IMG/VR virus record: IMGVR_UViG_3300044695_006482
Location: 7,968 to 71,967 of that record
Length of the DNA stretch: 64,000 nt
Strand: one strand, 5' to 3'
Source of the DNA: a virus
Of the stretch, positions 44,749 through 55,213 are shown one piece after another (positions within the stretch are counted from its first letter, which is position 1; each line of letters starts with the position of its first letter). The position numbers were made by a program, and so were the translations under genes. The notes under the pieces are model-generated. The model did no database searches. It was given only the letters and a program-made list of their open reading frames with translations, and had not been told where the DNA came from.

Positions 44749-45182
44749 AGGACTGCGAAGCAGTTCTACGCACAGCGCCGACGGACTGGGACGCGATCTA
44801 CATCCGCCTGCGCACGTCTGCGCTGAGTGACGACTTCCCCCGAGAGCGGTTCCTACGCACTCCGGTGAGCACGATCCGCATGGTGTTGCGCGAGCTCGAG
44901 CAGCGGGAGCAGGCCGAGGCGAACATGAACGCGCTGGCGACGGCGCGGCTGACACAGCTGGTGCTGCAGGTCGCGCACGGGTTCTCGGGCTCGAAGCGCC
45001 CCGCGCCGAAAGTCGCGGTCAAGGACTTCTTGCCCTACCCGGACTGGCGGCCGTCTTCAACCGCGGAGGCTCAAGGTCCGGACCAGCCGACGAAGTTCAT
45101 TCTCAGCGAGCTCGGGAGAAAGCACCTGATTCCGATCCATGTGCTCGCCGCGCTGATGACCCCGCCAGATCAACGGCCGTAA
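44694..45182 (+). CDS. Tail assembly chaperone -1 frameshift extension (gpT-like)
   Basis: The -1 frame is open from GGGAAAG to the TAA at 45182. Confidence 0.8.
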   Translation, partial: GKARGRGAGVQPSPDEILKDCEAVLRTAPTDWDAIYIRLRTSALSDDFPRERFLRTPVSTIRMVLRELEQREQAEANMNALATARLTQLVLQVAHGFSGSKRPAPKVAVKDFLPYPDWRPSSTAEAQGPDQPTKFILSELGRKHLIPIHVLAALMTPPDQRP

Positions 45183-45209
45183 CATACGGCTAGCGCATAG
45201 GGAAGGTCA

Positions 45210-48200
45210 GTGGCTGATTTTCAGCTCAAAGTAACGGCTGAGACTCAGAACGCTGAGAAGGACTTACGACGGCTAGATAAAACAGCAAATGAAGCGACGA
45301 AAGACAGGAAAATCAAACTAGATGTACCATCAATCGGCCAAGTATCCAAAAACTTTTCTGACCTAAGTAAAAACCTTGAGACTGCTGCCAACGACATCAA
45401 GAAGTTCTATGGTGTTGCGCGGCAACTGCCCGGCATAGGGGCGCAGATACAGACTTACGAGAAGGCTGTAGCGGGGACAGCAAAGACTGCCAACGCCCTT
45501 GCTAGCAATACCAAAGCTGGCGAAATACTTACCCACAGCTTCGAAAAGGCAACAGGAGCCGTCGGAAAACTTGTCAACAATCTTGCCAAAGTAGGTTTCG
45601 CACTGTTTGGTATCAAAGAAATTGTCGGCGTTCTCCAGACTGCATTTGGCGGACTGTTCAACCAGACAATTGGGAGGGAGATAAAGTTACGTGAAACGAT
45701 CCTAAAGACACAAACTACGCTTGCATCTACGGCAAAAGTATTTAGCAACGGCAAAGAGATAACTGATCCATATCAGAAGATCGTCAGTCTGACAGGTGCA
45801 GTCAGAAAGAACATCGACTCAATCCGAGAACGATCGGTCGCCCTGGCTGGAGTCACATCGGGGGAAGTCATCGAAGTCTTCGGAATCGTGGCTACTCAGA
45901 TTAGTCAGATCGGCGGAGGCTTGAAGGAAGCCGAGGACTTGGCGATCAACTTTGCAGCAGCACTGGGCACCTTTGGGATCCCGCTCTACCAAGCTCGCCA
46001 GGAGATCGGGTCGATCCTACGTGGTGACATCACAATGGATTCATACCTGGCAAAGGCGCTGGGTATCACCAACGAAGACGTTGCAAAAGCAAAAACACAA
46101 GCAGGTGGACTGGTCAAGTTTCTTGAGGATAGGCTGGCTGCCGCTGTTGCTGGGCAAAAAATTGCAGCACAGGGTTTCTCTGGAATTGTTTCTAATATCA
46201 AAGATCTTGCCGAACTACTTGGGCAGCGATTCGGTGCTGCTTTGCTTGATCCGCTACTAAATGTACTAGCAGCCGTATTTGAAAATCTGTTCAGAATTAA
46301 AGAGCAGATTTTCGCCATTGCCGATGGCGCGGGTCAAGCATTCGGGCGTGTGGCAGCAATAGGTCGCGAGATACGTTCTCGTGCGGGGCTTGTCTCCCTA
46401 GGCGAGATCGGCCTGAAGGATGACTCTGGACAGAAAGCACTGAACGCCATCAAGGACGCAGTCCAGGACGTGACTGTGCTGGTCGAGGGCGCGGCCCAAC
46501 GAGCAATTGGAGCAATCGCCCAGGCCATCCAGACACTGAAACCCTCTGTGGTGACAGTTGCCGACGCATTCGTCCGTCTCGGCAAAGTCTTTATTGAAAT
46601 TAAGGTCGACACGTTTGAATCGCTAGCCCGAGTTCTCGCCAATCTCATAACTCTAGCCACACCACTGCTGGCGACATTCACGACACTATTCAATCTGTAT
46701 AGCCGCTTCCTGGATCTGCCGGTAATTCAGGAGTTTGCGAAGCTTGCAGCAACGATGAGTCTGCTAAAGCGCGCGGGCATGGATTTCATCACAAATGCAA
46801 TCTTAATTGGCAATACTTTGTTTCGCGTTGTGATTCCAGCTGTAGGCGCGCTCGGCACAGCCTTTGGAGTCGTCATCGGGGGGGTTGGAGCTGTCGTTCT
46901 CGCTCTCGGGAAACTAACACTAACCCTTGCGGGTCTGACAGCAGCTCTAGCTGGAGTTCCCGGAATTGCCGCGGGGGTTGCAAAGGCTCTAGTTGACGTG
47001 TCGAAGAACCTCGGTCAATCAGGACAACAGAGTGTTCAAGCCGGCAACAACATCAACACTTTGGCTGGGGGCTTTAAGAATCTAGGCGAAACCGCCAAAC
47101 TAGCTGGCCTCAACATTGTCAAGTCGCTGGGCTGGACGCTATTGATTCAGGCCGCCGTAACGGTTGCGATAAATGCAGTCGGAGAATTCCAGAAGGCATC
47201 GGAGGACACCGCCCGCCAAAAAAGAGCTGAGCTGGCGTTGACGCGGCTGAGCAGTGTTTATAGAAATGTTGGAGATGATGCGGACTACGCAACTAAAGCT
47301 GCGCGTGACTTTGAACAACAGCTTACACAAGCTGAATACGGGCGGGCTATCGAAAGGCTTGAGGAGATACGCAAAAAACTGAATGATATGCGATACGAGG
47401 CGCAGATCGGCATTCAGACCTGGGGCGAGTTCTTTCGTATATTCGACTTAGGCAGAACGATACAACGCGCGCAGGGATTAAACCCGGTCTCAATTGATGC
47501 TGCAAAGCTGATCGGCGAAGAGAAGCGCCTGCGCGACTACCAGCGCAAGTATGAAGCCGATCAAGACAAACGAGAACTAGAGAAGAACATACAACTCCAG
47601 GCTGACAAGAGGGTCAATCTCGAGAAGGAGATCCGAGACCTGCAGCGGCAGCACCAAGATGAACTCTTCCAGCAGCGCCAGACCCTCGCCCAGAAGGAAG
47701 TCGAAATCTTCCGCGCCGCCGGCGAACTGCGCATCTTCCAGATGGAGCAGGCGAACCAGAAGCTGATCGAAGGCGAGGAAGGTGCATCCCGCGCCGCCCT
47801 CGAGTCCCTCAACAACTACCTCTCGGTCCGCGAGCGCGGTGAGCTGGAAATTGAATCAGCTAAAAAGAACCTTGCAATAGAAATCGCCAATCTGGATAAA
47901 CAAATTGCAGATTACAGGCTAGATAATGAAAAGAAAATTGCCGAAATACGAAAAAGAGCTGGTGATTACGAGAAAAACATCAGTGACTATAGGCGCCAGG
48001 TGGCTGGTCAAATCGCCGCGGGTAGCGGAGGAGGGGCTGCCACATTTGGTGCCACTGGCAATGTTAAGAATGCACCAGGGTGGGTCCACGGTCACTTCCA
48101 AACAAACACTGGTACACTCAACGATTTAATACAGGATGTCATACCTGTTCTCAAAGGACTTCTTGACCAGGGAATCCCGGTCGAGTTGTCGAGTGGTGTA

Positions 48201-50009
48201 AAAGTACAGGGAGGCAAAGACGACAATTACTACAAGAGAATCCTCACAAGCGCGGCTCAGCAGCACAGACACAGCGGAGATGGTCGTTCCATTGACCTCT
48301 TCGTGCCCCAAGGCACCAAGGTGCCCGTACCTCTATCCGATGTTTCAGGACCCTCGGGCCGTGGTGGCATCAGCGGAGTGCTACCCGGCAGCGGTAAATC
48401 CTGGGTGGGGCACCTTGCCCCCGGATCCAAGGCTGGGGGTGCGGCCGCCGTGGCACCACCCCAAGCGCCTGATTTCTCTTCAGTCGCCGCCCCAGCTGTC
48501 GAAAAGTACGCCGCCGCTGTTCGCTCAGTAGCGTCCGCAATGGAGCGGCTGCGCGCACTGCAGGAAGCTCTCACCCAGGCGCGGACTGCCGCTGCTTTCA
48601 CCGAGATCGCCAAGGCGGCCTTTCCACAGGTTCAAGTTGAGCAGTACCTAGACAAAGTCAACGAGTCAAAGCTTGCAATGACTCTGCTCAGCCAAGTCAC
48701 AGAAGCGACTTATGATCCAGAGCGGTTGCAGCTGGCAGCCGAGTATCAGAACGAGATCAATATCAAACAACGTGAGTTTGACCAGATCTGGAGCAAGGCG
48801 CTTAATACGAAAGGCATACAGCAGCAGGAACTGAATCGCCTGCAGAATGAACTTAACGAGCGAAGCGCTAAGTACACCAAGGACTTGCAACAGCAGTACC
48901 AATACAAGTTGCAGCAACTGCAGTTGGATCGCCTACGCGCATCGCTTCAAGACTCGCTCAACCGAACCAAATCCTTAGGTGAATCCACACAAGACATCGA
49001 AACCCGCACACGCCGTGGACTCGAGGGAGTACGAGCTGAGCTGATCGACGCTGAGATCGCGAAGCGCGAGCTACGCCGTCGGCTCAACGAGGCACTCAAG
49101 AACGCCAACGGAGATCCTGGGTTGGAAGCCCAGGCCCGCTCAACCTTCAACAATGAGGCCGCTGCGATCGATGCCGAGGCCCTGGCCAAGATCGCAGCGA
49201 ACAACCCGATCACCGGGCTGATGAGCCAGTGGAAGCGCGAGCTCACCGACACCAAGGCCATGGTGGCGAGCCTGGCGCAGACCATCCAGTCCGAGCTCGG
49301 CAGCGCCATGTCCAACGCCGTCAGCGGCGTGATCAACGGCACCATGACGGTGCAGGAAGCCTTCGGCCAGATGTTCGCCAACATCGGCCGGGCCTTCATC
49401 GAGATGGCGACGCAGATGATCGCCAAGGCGCTGATACTGCAGGTACTGGGGCTGTTCGCTGGCGGAGCTCCAGGCGGTGGTGGCGGTCTGAGCAAACTGT
49501 TTGGCGCCGGCGCACCCGCGGCAGTTGCCGGCGGCGGAATCTTCTCCGGTGCCGGACCCTTTCAATTCCGTGCCTCCGGCGGCCCCATCAGCGCCGGGCG
49601 CCCCTACATCGTCGGCGAGCGCGGCCCCGAGCTGGTCTTCCCCGGCGCCGACGGCTACGTCCTGCCAGCCGACCGCACGGCAGCTGCACTGGCGCAATCC
49701 CGCGCCGCCCTCGGGGGTGGGGGCAGCTCCGCGGCCAGCAGCAGCGCCTTCAGCGAGAACCGCGACGCGCTCAGTTCGGTCACATCCATGTCCCGAGAAC
49801 GGCAAGTCGAACGCTGGCTCACGTCCGGTGCGGGCAGCACGGAGATCAAGTACAGCCGTGTTGGCTCTGGCGATCTGCCATTCGTGACCGAGCAGGACAT
49901 GCTGCAGGCGACGAGGATTGCGGCGCAAGAAGGAGCCAAACTGGGTCAGCAGCGTACGTTGGCGGCCTTGCGTAACAATCCGGCTACACGCCGTTCAATC
50001 GGAGTGTGA
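45210..50009 (+). CDS. Tape measure protein with putative M23-like peptidase insert
   Basis: 1599 aa, helical and Ala-rich; C-terminal RASGGP...YIVGERGPELV. Confidence 0.9.
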   Translation: MADFQLKVTAETQNAEKDLRRLDKTANEATKDRKIKLDVPSIGQVSKNFSDLSKNLETAANDIKKFYGVARQLPGIGAQIQTYEKAVAGTAKTANALASNTKAGEILTHSFEKATGAVGKLVNNLAKVGFALFGIKEIVGVLQTAFGGLFNQTIGREIKLRETILKTQTTLASTAKVFSNGKEITDPYQKIVSLTGAVRKNIDSIRERSVALAGVTSGEVIEVFGIVATQISQIGGGLKEAEDLAINFAAALGTFGIPLYQARQEIGSILRGDITMDSYLAKALGITNEDVAKAKTQAGGLVKFLEDRLAAAVAGQKIAAQGFSGIVSNIKDLAELLGQRFGAALLDPLLNVLAAVFENLFRIKEQIFAIADGAGQAFGRVAAIGREIRSRAGLVSLGEIGLKDDSGQKALNAIKDAVQDVTVLVEGAAQRAIGAIAQAIQTLKPSVVTVADAFVRLGKVFIEIKVDTFESLARVLANLITLATPLLATFTTLFNLYSRFLDLPVIQEFAKLAATMSLLKRAGMDFITNAILIGNTLFRVVIPAVGALGTAFGVVIGGVGAVVLALGKLTLTLAGLTAALAGVPGIAAGVAKALVDVSKNLGQSGQQSVQAGNNINTLAGGFKNLGETAKLAGLNIVKSLGWTLLIQAAVTVAINAVGEFQKASEDTARQKRAELALTRLSSVYRNVGDDADYATKAARDFEQQLTQAEYGRAIERLEEIRKKLNDMRYEAQIGIQTWGEFFRIFDLGRTIQRAQGLNPVSIDAAKLIGEEKRLRDYQRKYEADQDKRELEKNIQLQADKRVNLEKEIRDLQRQHQDELFQQRQTLAQKEVEIFRAAGELRIFQMEQANQKLIEGEEGASRAALESLNNYLSVRERGELEIESAKKNLAIEIANLDKQIADYRLDNEKKIAEIRKRAGDYEKNISDYRRQVAGQIAAGSGGGAATFGATGNVKNAPGWVHGHFQTNTGTLNDLIQDVIPVLKGLLDQGIPVELSSGVKVQGGKDDNYYKRILTSAAQQHRHSGDGRSIDLFVPQGTKVPVPLSDVSGPSGRGGISGVLPGSGKSWVGHLAPGSKAGGAAAVAPPQAPDFSSVAAPAVEKYAAAVRSVASAMERLRALQEALTQARTAAAFTEIAKAAFPQVQVEQYLDKVNESKLAMTLLSQVTEATYDPERLQLAAEYQNEINIKQREFDQIWSKALNTKGIQQQELNRLQNELNERSAKYTKDLQQQYQYKLQQLQLDRLRASLQDSLNRTKSLGESTQDIETRTRRGLEGVRAELIDAEIAKRELRRRLNEALKNANGDPGLEAQARSTFNNEAAAIDAEALAKIAANNPITGLMSQWKRELTDTKAMVASLAQTIQSELGSAMSNAVSGVINGTMTVQEAFGQMFANIGRAFIEMATQMIAKALILQVLGLFAGGAPGGGGGLSKLFGAGAPAAVAGGGIFSGAGPFQFRASGGPISAGRPYIVGERGPELVFPGADGYVLPADRTAAALAQSRAALGGGGSSAASSSAFSENRDALSSVTSMSRERQVERWLTSGAGSTEIKYSRVGSGDLPFVTEQDMLQATRIAAQEGAKLGQQRTLAALRNNPATRRSIGV

Positions 50010-50485
50010 TCATGAGCGAGATCGCCATAGGGACATACATCAACTTTCAACTTTCAGAAGGCGTTGAAACAGGCTACGCATTTCAGAATTTTCACTCGCA
50101 ACAAACCCGCCCGTACGAAGGGGTCGATTACGTGTACGCCGGCTTTGGCTTTAGTGGTACAAGCGTAGACCTGCAAGGCAGCAACATTCGGGCACAGCTA
50201 GTTTTCGCAGTCTCACAACTCATCCTCAACTTTGTCCAGCAAGCCGCAGATGACCGCTGGATCATCCGCATTCGTACTGTGTGGCTCGATCCGGACTCGC
50301 TAGAAGAAACATCGACGTTCATGGAAGAGACATACCAAATAACCGGTTTTCAGCATGATGGGATCCGACTTGCAATGGATCTTGGCAGTCCACTCGATGC
50401 TGTTTCAGGTCAATCACCGCGGCGTACACTGACTCAGTACCTTGTCGGCTCATTGCCGGCTACAGGCCAGATTTCGTTTGTGTGA
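50006..50485 (+). CDS. Minor tail protein (gpL-like/hub)
   Basis: FQNF, FGFSG, SPLDAV..Q.PRR.L...LVG.LP; follows tape measure. Confidence 0.65.
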   Translation: MIMSEIAIGTYINFQLSEGVETGYAFQNFHSQQTRPYEGVDYVYAGFGFSGTSVDLQGSNIRAQLVFAVSQLILNFVQQAADDRWIIRIRTVWLDPDSLEETSTFMEETYQITGFQHDGIRLAMDLGSPLDAVSGQSPRRTLTQYLVGSLPATGQISFV

Positions 50486-53400
50486 TGCTCAATCCGGGCG
50501 GCCACCAGATTGTTCTTTTGCCACAAGATCGCGATCTAATCGCAGTACTTGGCTGCACCGAGGCAGAATATCGCGCATTCGTAAAGCACTGCTATAAGCA
50601 CAGCAGAATTGAGCCAGGGAAGCCGGTCAACTTCCTCATAATTCCATTCCTAATTCAGCTAGTAATTGGGATAGCTCTATCCGTAGTAGCAAGCCTTCTG
50701 TTTCGCCCGAAGCTGGCGGGCGGGCGGCCCGCCGAGATCCGGCAGAGCTCACTGCCCGGCCAGAACGTAGTCGGCCGCTCCGAGTACGCCCCCAAGGCCG
50801 GTTTCGACTCGCTACAGAACGTCGTAGAGATCGGTTCCACAATTCCACTGGTTTACGCCAAGCGCGAGACCATCGATGGTGTGACCTACGGCGGAGTGCG
50901 GGTTAACACCAACTTGCTCTGGAGCCAAATGCTGTCACTAGGTGGCAGCCAGATGCTGCGAGCCGTATTCCTGATCGCCGAGGGCGGAGTCGGCGCAATC
51001 GATCCCACCCAGTTCGCATTCGGCGATAACGTCCTCGGTGGTTACGATCTTGGCACTGCGAATGCCGCAAGTAGCCGCGTGACGTTCTACGTGTCGCGTG
51101 ACGGTGGCCGACTCACCAATGCAGACTGGATCGCTGGTCGGTCTCCTGCAAATGACATCGGCAACGCCCAGAACAATGGTGGCACCGATGTGTTCCAGAT
51201 TGTCGGACTGAATGGTGCTTGGGCTACCGACTTCTCCTACGCGTTCAAGCCCTCGACGCAGACGCAGTTCGGCGTCTATTCACTACTAGGCAACGGTCTC
51301 GCATTTCGCGTTAATCCAGCGCTGCGCCCCGCTGTACAAGTAAAGACCGAACCCTCGGGCAAACAAGATACACGACTCGTCTGCGAGCCTGACGGGGTCT
51401 CACAGGCTCAACGCGACAAGTACAACACACTCTTCGCAAGCCGCGGGGGTGTAACTGCCAAGAATGGAGTCGGCTTTAGCGGCACGACAACATTTGCGAT
51501 AGGTGACACGATCGCCTACACCCTCGATTCCAGCAGCGAAGCAAACCGAGTCTTTATCGGTGTCCAATCAGGCCCATACCACCAAGAGACCTGTCGCGAT
51601 GTCGCGCAAACGGTCTCCGGCCGCCAGCGTGGGTGGGACGATGCCCTGAGCGCCGGTGAGCTGTACCGGTTCGGCAGCGCGCTCTTCGTCTGCGAAGCCC
51701 GCAGCCCGAACGACGAAATCTTCGCCTCCGAGATCGATAACGAACCCATCGGCGGTGGCCAGTCCATGTCGTACACGCTGCGCTGCGTCAGAGCAGGCGT
51801 AGCTGTACTGAATGGCACAAGCGGAACACTAACAGCCACTAACACCTCTCATCTACTAAAAGTCGCCATCGCTGGCTTTGCCATCCCCCGCGCGGCCCAG
51901 ATCGTCGAGATCGGCCTCCGCAGCAGCCTCGGGATCCGAATCAGCGGGCTGTGCAACTTCCGCGACTCGCTCAGCCAGACCGAGATCGATGGCAGGGCCT
52001 GTTCCTACTTCAACGGTCGGGTCTACGCCCCCGGTCAAAGCCTCGAACTCAGCACGTATCAATCCGGCTCATTCAGCGGCTCTGAAACGCGCTACGCCTT
52101 CTTCAAGATCGGCTACCGCATTGCCGGTAGCGACGCGGACTTCGTGTACCTCGACCAATGCTTTGGCGCCCGCAGCCTGACACAGCAGGCCGTCTACAAC
52201 TACATCCGGCTGCAGATGCCATCTGTGCAGCGCTGGGAGTTCCGGATCGAGCCCGTGAGCGGCTGGGAGGTACGCAGCAACGTGAGCTTCGCCAGCGGCA
52301 GCCTGGAAGTCCTGGACGCCCGGATCAGCGGCATCCGCACCGTCAGTTCGGGTAGCGGTGCCAACATCGTCACCGTGGCCTACAGCGGCGAGCCTGTCGC
52401 GCGCACGCAAGACACCTTCGCGGTTGCGGCGACCAGGGATAAGGGGCTCGGCGTGGCCCTTGCCGACAGCGGGGACTACGCCGACGCCTGGGGCAAGCTC
52501 GCGGAGGCATTCGTCTTTGAAGAGGTCCAGAGCTCAGCGCGCAGCCCCGAGCACGAAGTGGTGTATGTGAACCTGCTAGCTGGTAATCCCAACGTACCGA
52601 ACTACGACAATATCGCACTTGTGGGGGTGAACCTCCGCAGCAGCACTGAGTTCAGTCAGTTGAATCAACTGTCTGTTTACGTCAACGAAGGAATCAACAG
52701 TGTCCATACTTTTCCAGAAGTCTTTCAAGATCAGCTCACGAACACACGCTACGGCGTCGGTTCAATACTGAGTCCCGAACTGATTGACGGTGAAGCATTC
52801 GACTTCTGTGCTCAATGGACCCGCGACCGCCGCTACTTCTTCGACGGCGCAATCGCGCAGCCAATTAACTTGCGCCAGTGGGGCAGTCAGACAGCAGGCT
52901 ACTTCCTACTGGATCTTGTCATACGCAATGGAAAGTTCTCGCTGCAGCCTGCGGTCTACTTCAATCAGCCTGAAACAATCACCGGCATGTACACCGCCGG
53001 CAACATCATCGAGGACTCGTTCGAATTCACCTACGCCGAGGTCGATCAACGCATCCCCAAACGCGTCTCAGTCAAGTGGCGCCAGGAAAAAGCCAGCGGG
53101 GACAGCACGACGAAAGGATTGTTCCCCGTCATCCGCGAGGTCACTGTCCGCGAAATCGGAACCCCCGAGAACGCACCACTCGAGAGCATCGATCTCTCTG
53201 ACTTCGCTACCAGCGAAATCCACGCAATTGATGTAGCCAAGTACTTCTGCCGCGGGAGCCGACTGATCACGCACTCGGTGCGCTTCAAGACCGTTCCGAC
53301 GCAGGCCGCCCTCGAGATCGGACGCTGTTTCAAGCTCGGGCTCGAGACGAGCGCTTACCTGCAGCCAAATAACGGGGCAATTGATAGCAAAGGGAAGGTG

Positions 53401-54441
53401 ACAACGGTAGAACCGCTCGCTGACGGCGCCTACGAGGTACTGCTGTGGAACGGGTCTACAAGTGAAATCATCGAAACCGAGCTGAATGTAGTCAATCAAG
53501 CTACCAGTCAGTACACCAACGCAGTCTTCTGTGTCAAACAAGGCAGCACTGAAACGCGCGCCTACAAGGTGCAGTCGCTTGGGTTTGATGAAGACGGAAA
53601 CATTCAAGTAGAAGCAGTCTACTTCCCACTAAACGAGCAAGACTTCAGTCTAATCACAATCGGCTGGGATGCTGAAACCAACTGGATAATTGAGGGACGT
53701 ATCGGGACGAGCGAGAACACAGGTACGACCGTGAGCACGTTCACAGGCGTTCAAATAACAGGAAAAAACAGCACCATTGTTGGCGCTCCGTCGAGCTACA
53801 GCGCTCTGGTGAGTGGGGGCGCCGGGACCTACACCTACCTCTGGACTGGTTCCGGCGTGACGTTCGGAAGCCCAACTGCAGCGTCCACCACAGTCACGGC
53901 CACCAGTGCAGGGGTCCGCACAATTACGTGTACGGTGACGCGTGGTGCAACGACAATCGCGGCGACAAAGACAATTACGGCAATAGCATCAACCACTATT
54001 GGAACAATTGGCGCGGTGACACTCACAGGTAGCACCGCAGTGGCAATCAACACAGCGACTGCCTACACGGCGACGTATGTCAACAAGCCGGTTGCCACAA
54101 CTGCTGGATCATTCACCGTCGGTCAGCAGTATCAAATAGTCACTGTTGGCACGACAAACTTCACAACGATCGGCGCCGCAAGCAACACGGTGGGTGTGGT
54201 CTTCACCGCAACTGCAGTGGGGTCAGGTACAGGGACCGCCGACTCGCTCGGTGCTGCTTTTGTCAACTGGACTTGGACCTCGAACACATCCGGTGCATCC
54301 GCGTCAATCACGAACTCCAACGCCCCGAGAGCGACAGTCACTTTCGATGTGGCCGGCACCTATACAGTGAGGTGCACGATCAGCTCGCCGACTGCTAGCG
54401 ATAGCCCGCAGACGCAAACCCGCACAGTGACCGTGACATGA
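50482..54441 (+). CDS. Tail tip / central fibre protein (gpJ-like)
   Basis: GSTIPLVY...GGVRV...LLWS; Thr-rich Ig/PKD-like C-terminal repeats. Confidence 0.8.
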   Translation: MMLNPGGHQIVLLPQDRDLIAVLGCTEAEYRAFVKHCYKHSRIEPGKPVNFLIIPFLIQLVIGIALSVVASLLFRPKLAGGRPAEIRQSSLPGQNVVGRSEYAPKAGFDSLQNVVEIGSTIPLVYAKRETIDGVTYGGVRVNTNLLWSQMLSLGGSQMLRAVFLIAEGGVGAIDPTQFAFGDNVLGGYDLGTANAASSRVTFYVSRDGGRLTNADWIAGRSPANDIGNAQNNGGTDVFQIVGLNGAWATDFSYAFKPSTQTQFGVYSLLGNGLAFRVNPALRPAVQVKTEPSGKQDTRLVCEPDGVSQAQRDKYNTLFASRGGVTAKNGVGFSGTTTFAIGDTIAYTLDSSSEANRVFIGVQSGPYHQETCRDVAQTVSGRQRGWDDALSAGELYRFGSALFVCEARSPNDEIFASEIDNEPIGGGQSMSYTLRCVRAGVAVLNGTSGTLTATNTSHLLKVAIAGFAIPRAAQIVEIGLRSSLGIRISGLCNFRDSLSQTEIDGRACSYFNGRVYAPGQSLELSTYQSGSFSGSETRYAFFKIGYRIAGSDADFVYLDQCFGARSLTQQAVYNYIRLQMPSVQRWEFRIEPVSGWEVRSNVSFASGSLEVLDARISGIRTVSSGSGANIVTVAYSGEPVARTQDTFAVAATRDKGLGVALADSGDYADAWGKLAEAFVFEEVQSSARSPEHEVVYVNLLAGNPNVPNYDNIALVGVNLRSSTEFSQLNQLSVYVNEGINSVHTFPEVFQDQLTNTRYGVGSILSPELIDGEAFDFCAQWTRDRRYFFDGAIAQPINLRQWGSQTAGYFLLDLVIRNGKFSLQPAVYFNQPETITGMYTAGNIIEDSFEFTYAEVDQRIPKRVSVKWRQEKASGDSTTKGLFPVIREVTVREIGTPENAPLESIDLSDFATSEIHAIDVAKYFCRGSRLITHSVRFKTVPTQAALEIGRCFKLGLETSAYLQPNNGAIDSKGKVTTVEPLADGAYEVLLWNGSTSEIIETELNVVNQATSQYTNAVFCVKQGSTETRAYKVQSLGFDEDGNIQVEAVYFPLNEQDFSLITIGWDAETNWIIEGRIGTSENTGTTVSTFTGVQITGKNSTIVGAPSSYSALVSGGAGTYTYLWTGSGVTFGSPTAASTTVTATSAGVRTITCTVTRGATTIAATKTITAIASTTIGTIGAVTLTGSTAVAINTATAYTATYVNKPVATTAGSFTVGQQYQIVTVGTTNFTTIGAASNTVGVVFTATAVGSGTGTADSLGAAFVNWTWTSNTSGASASITNSNAPRATVTFDVAGTYTVRCTISSPTASDSPQTQTRTVTVT

Positions 54442-54818
54442 CGAACTTCCCAGCGCTGGTCCCAACGTCACGCTCGGTTACGCAAGGTCAGTACCCGGTC
54501 AAGCGCTTCACCAGCATCGCAGGCACGGGCACGACGCGGGCCTACGGGAGTCAGCCATTCGGCGCCTCACTCGAGGTGGAATTCGGCAACGTGCCCGATC
54601 TGCAGGCTCTGGCCGTCGTCACCTGCTACGAGAGCGCACGAGGTAGTTACGCTTCACTCTCGCTTCCCATCACTATCTGGGACGGCATGGATGACTTGCT
54701 CCGAGAGCAGCTCGAACGTGATTACACATGGCGCTTCTCCGAGCAGCCGCGGATTACCTCGGTGCGTCCGGGCATCAGCAGCGTTACTGTGCGCCTGGAG
54801 GGTATGCGTGACGGCTGA
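54438..54818 (+). CDS. Minor tail protein (gpM/Dit-like)
   Basis: FPAL.PTSRS...G.YP...WRF.E.P.I...PG.SSVTV.L. Confidence 0.6.
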   Translation: MTNFPALVPTSRSVTQGQYPVKRFTSIAGTGTTRAYGSQPFGASLEVEFGNVPDLQALAVVTCYESARGSYASLSLPITIWDGMDDLLREQLERDYTWRFSEQPRITSVRPGISSVTVRLEGMRDG

Positions 54819-55213
54819 TGGCTGTTCTGACAGGAAGCAACGGAGAACTTCGCTATCAGGGGTTGCGAGTCGGCAAATGTCGCAACTTCTCGCTGGACAT
54901 CAGTCGAGATGCCCTCGAGACGACCGCGATGGGTGTCTACGACAGGACGTACGTTGAAGGGCTGAGAGGTGCGACAGGCTCAGCAACGATTATCTACGAC
55001 AGAGACAACGTCGCAACACGTGCAGTTCTAAACTCGATCTTCCGCAACGATGATGGTGCGCAGAACGTCGGTTTTGTCCTGAACACTGCTTCTGGCATCG
55101 AACTTAGTGTCGAAGCTCTCGTCACTAGCGTTAGTGCTCCTGTCAGCGTCGGTGAAGTGATCGCCTGCTCATTGAACTTCCAGGTCTCCGGCCCGATCGA
55201 AGGTGAGTTCTAA
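54818..55213 (+). CDS. Tail-tube-fold protein
   Basis: FSLDISRDALETTAMG..DRTYV.GLR..TGS...FQVSG. Confidence 0.65.
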   Translation: MAVLTGSNGELRYQGLRVGKCRNFSLDISRDALETTAMGVYDRTYVEGLRGATGSATIIYDRDNVATRAVLNSIFRNDDGAQNVGFVLNTASGIELSVEALVTSVSAPVSVGEVIACSLNFQVSGPIEGEF

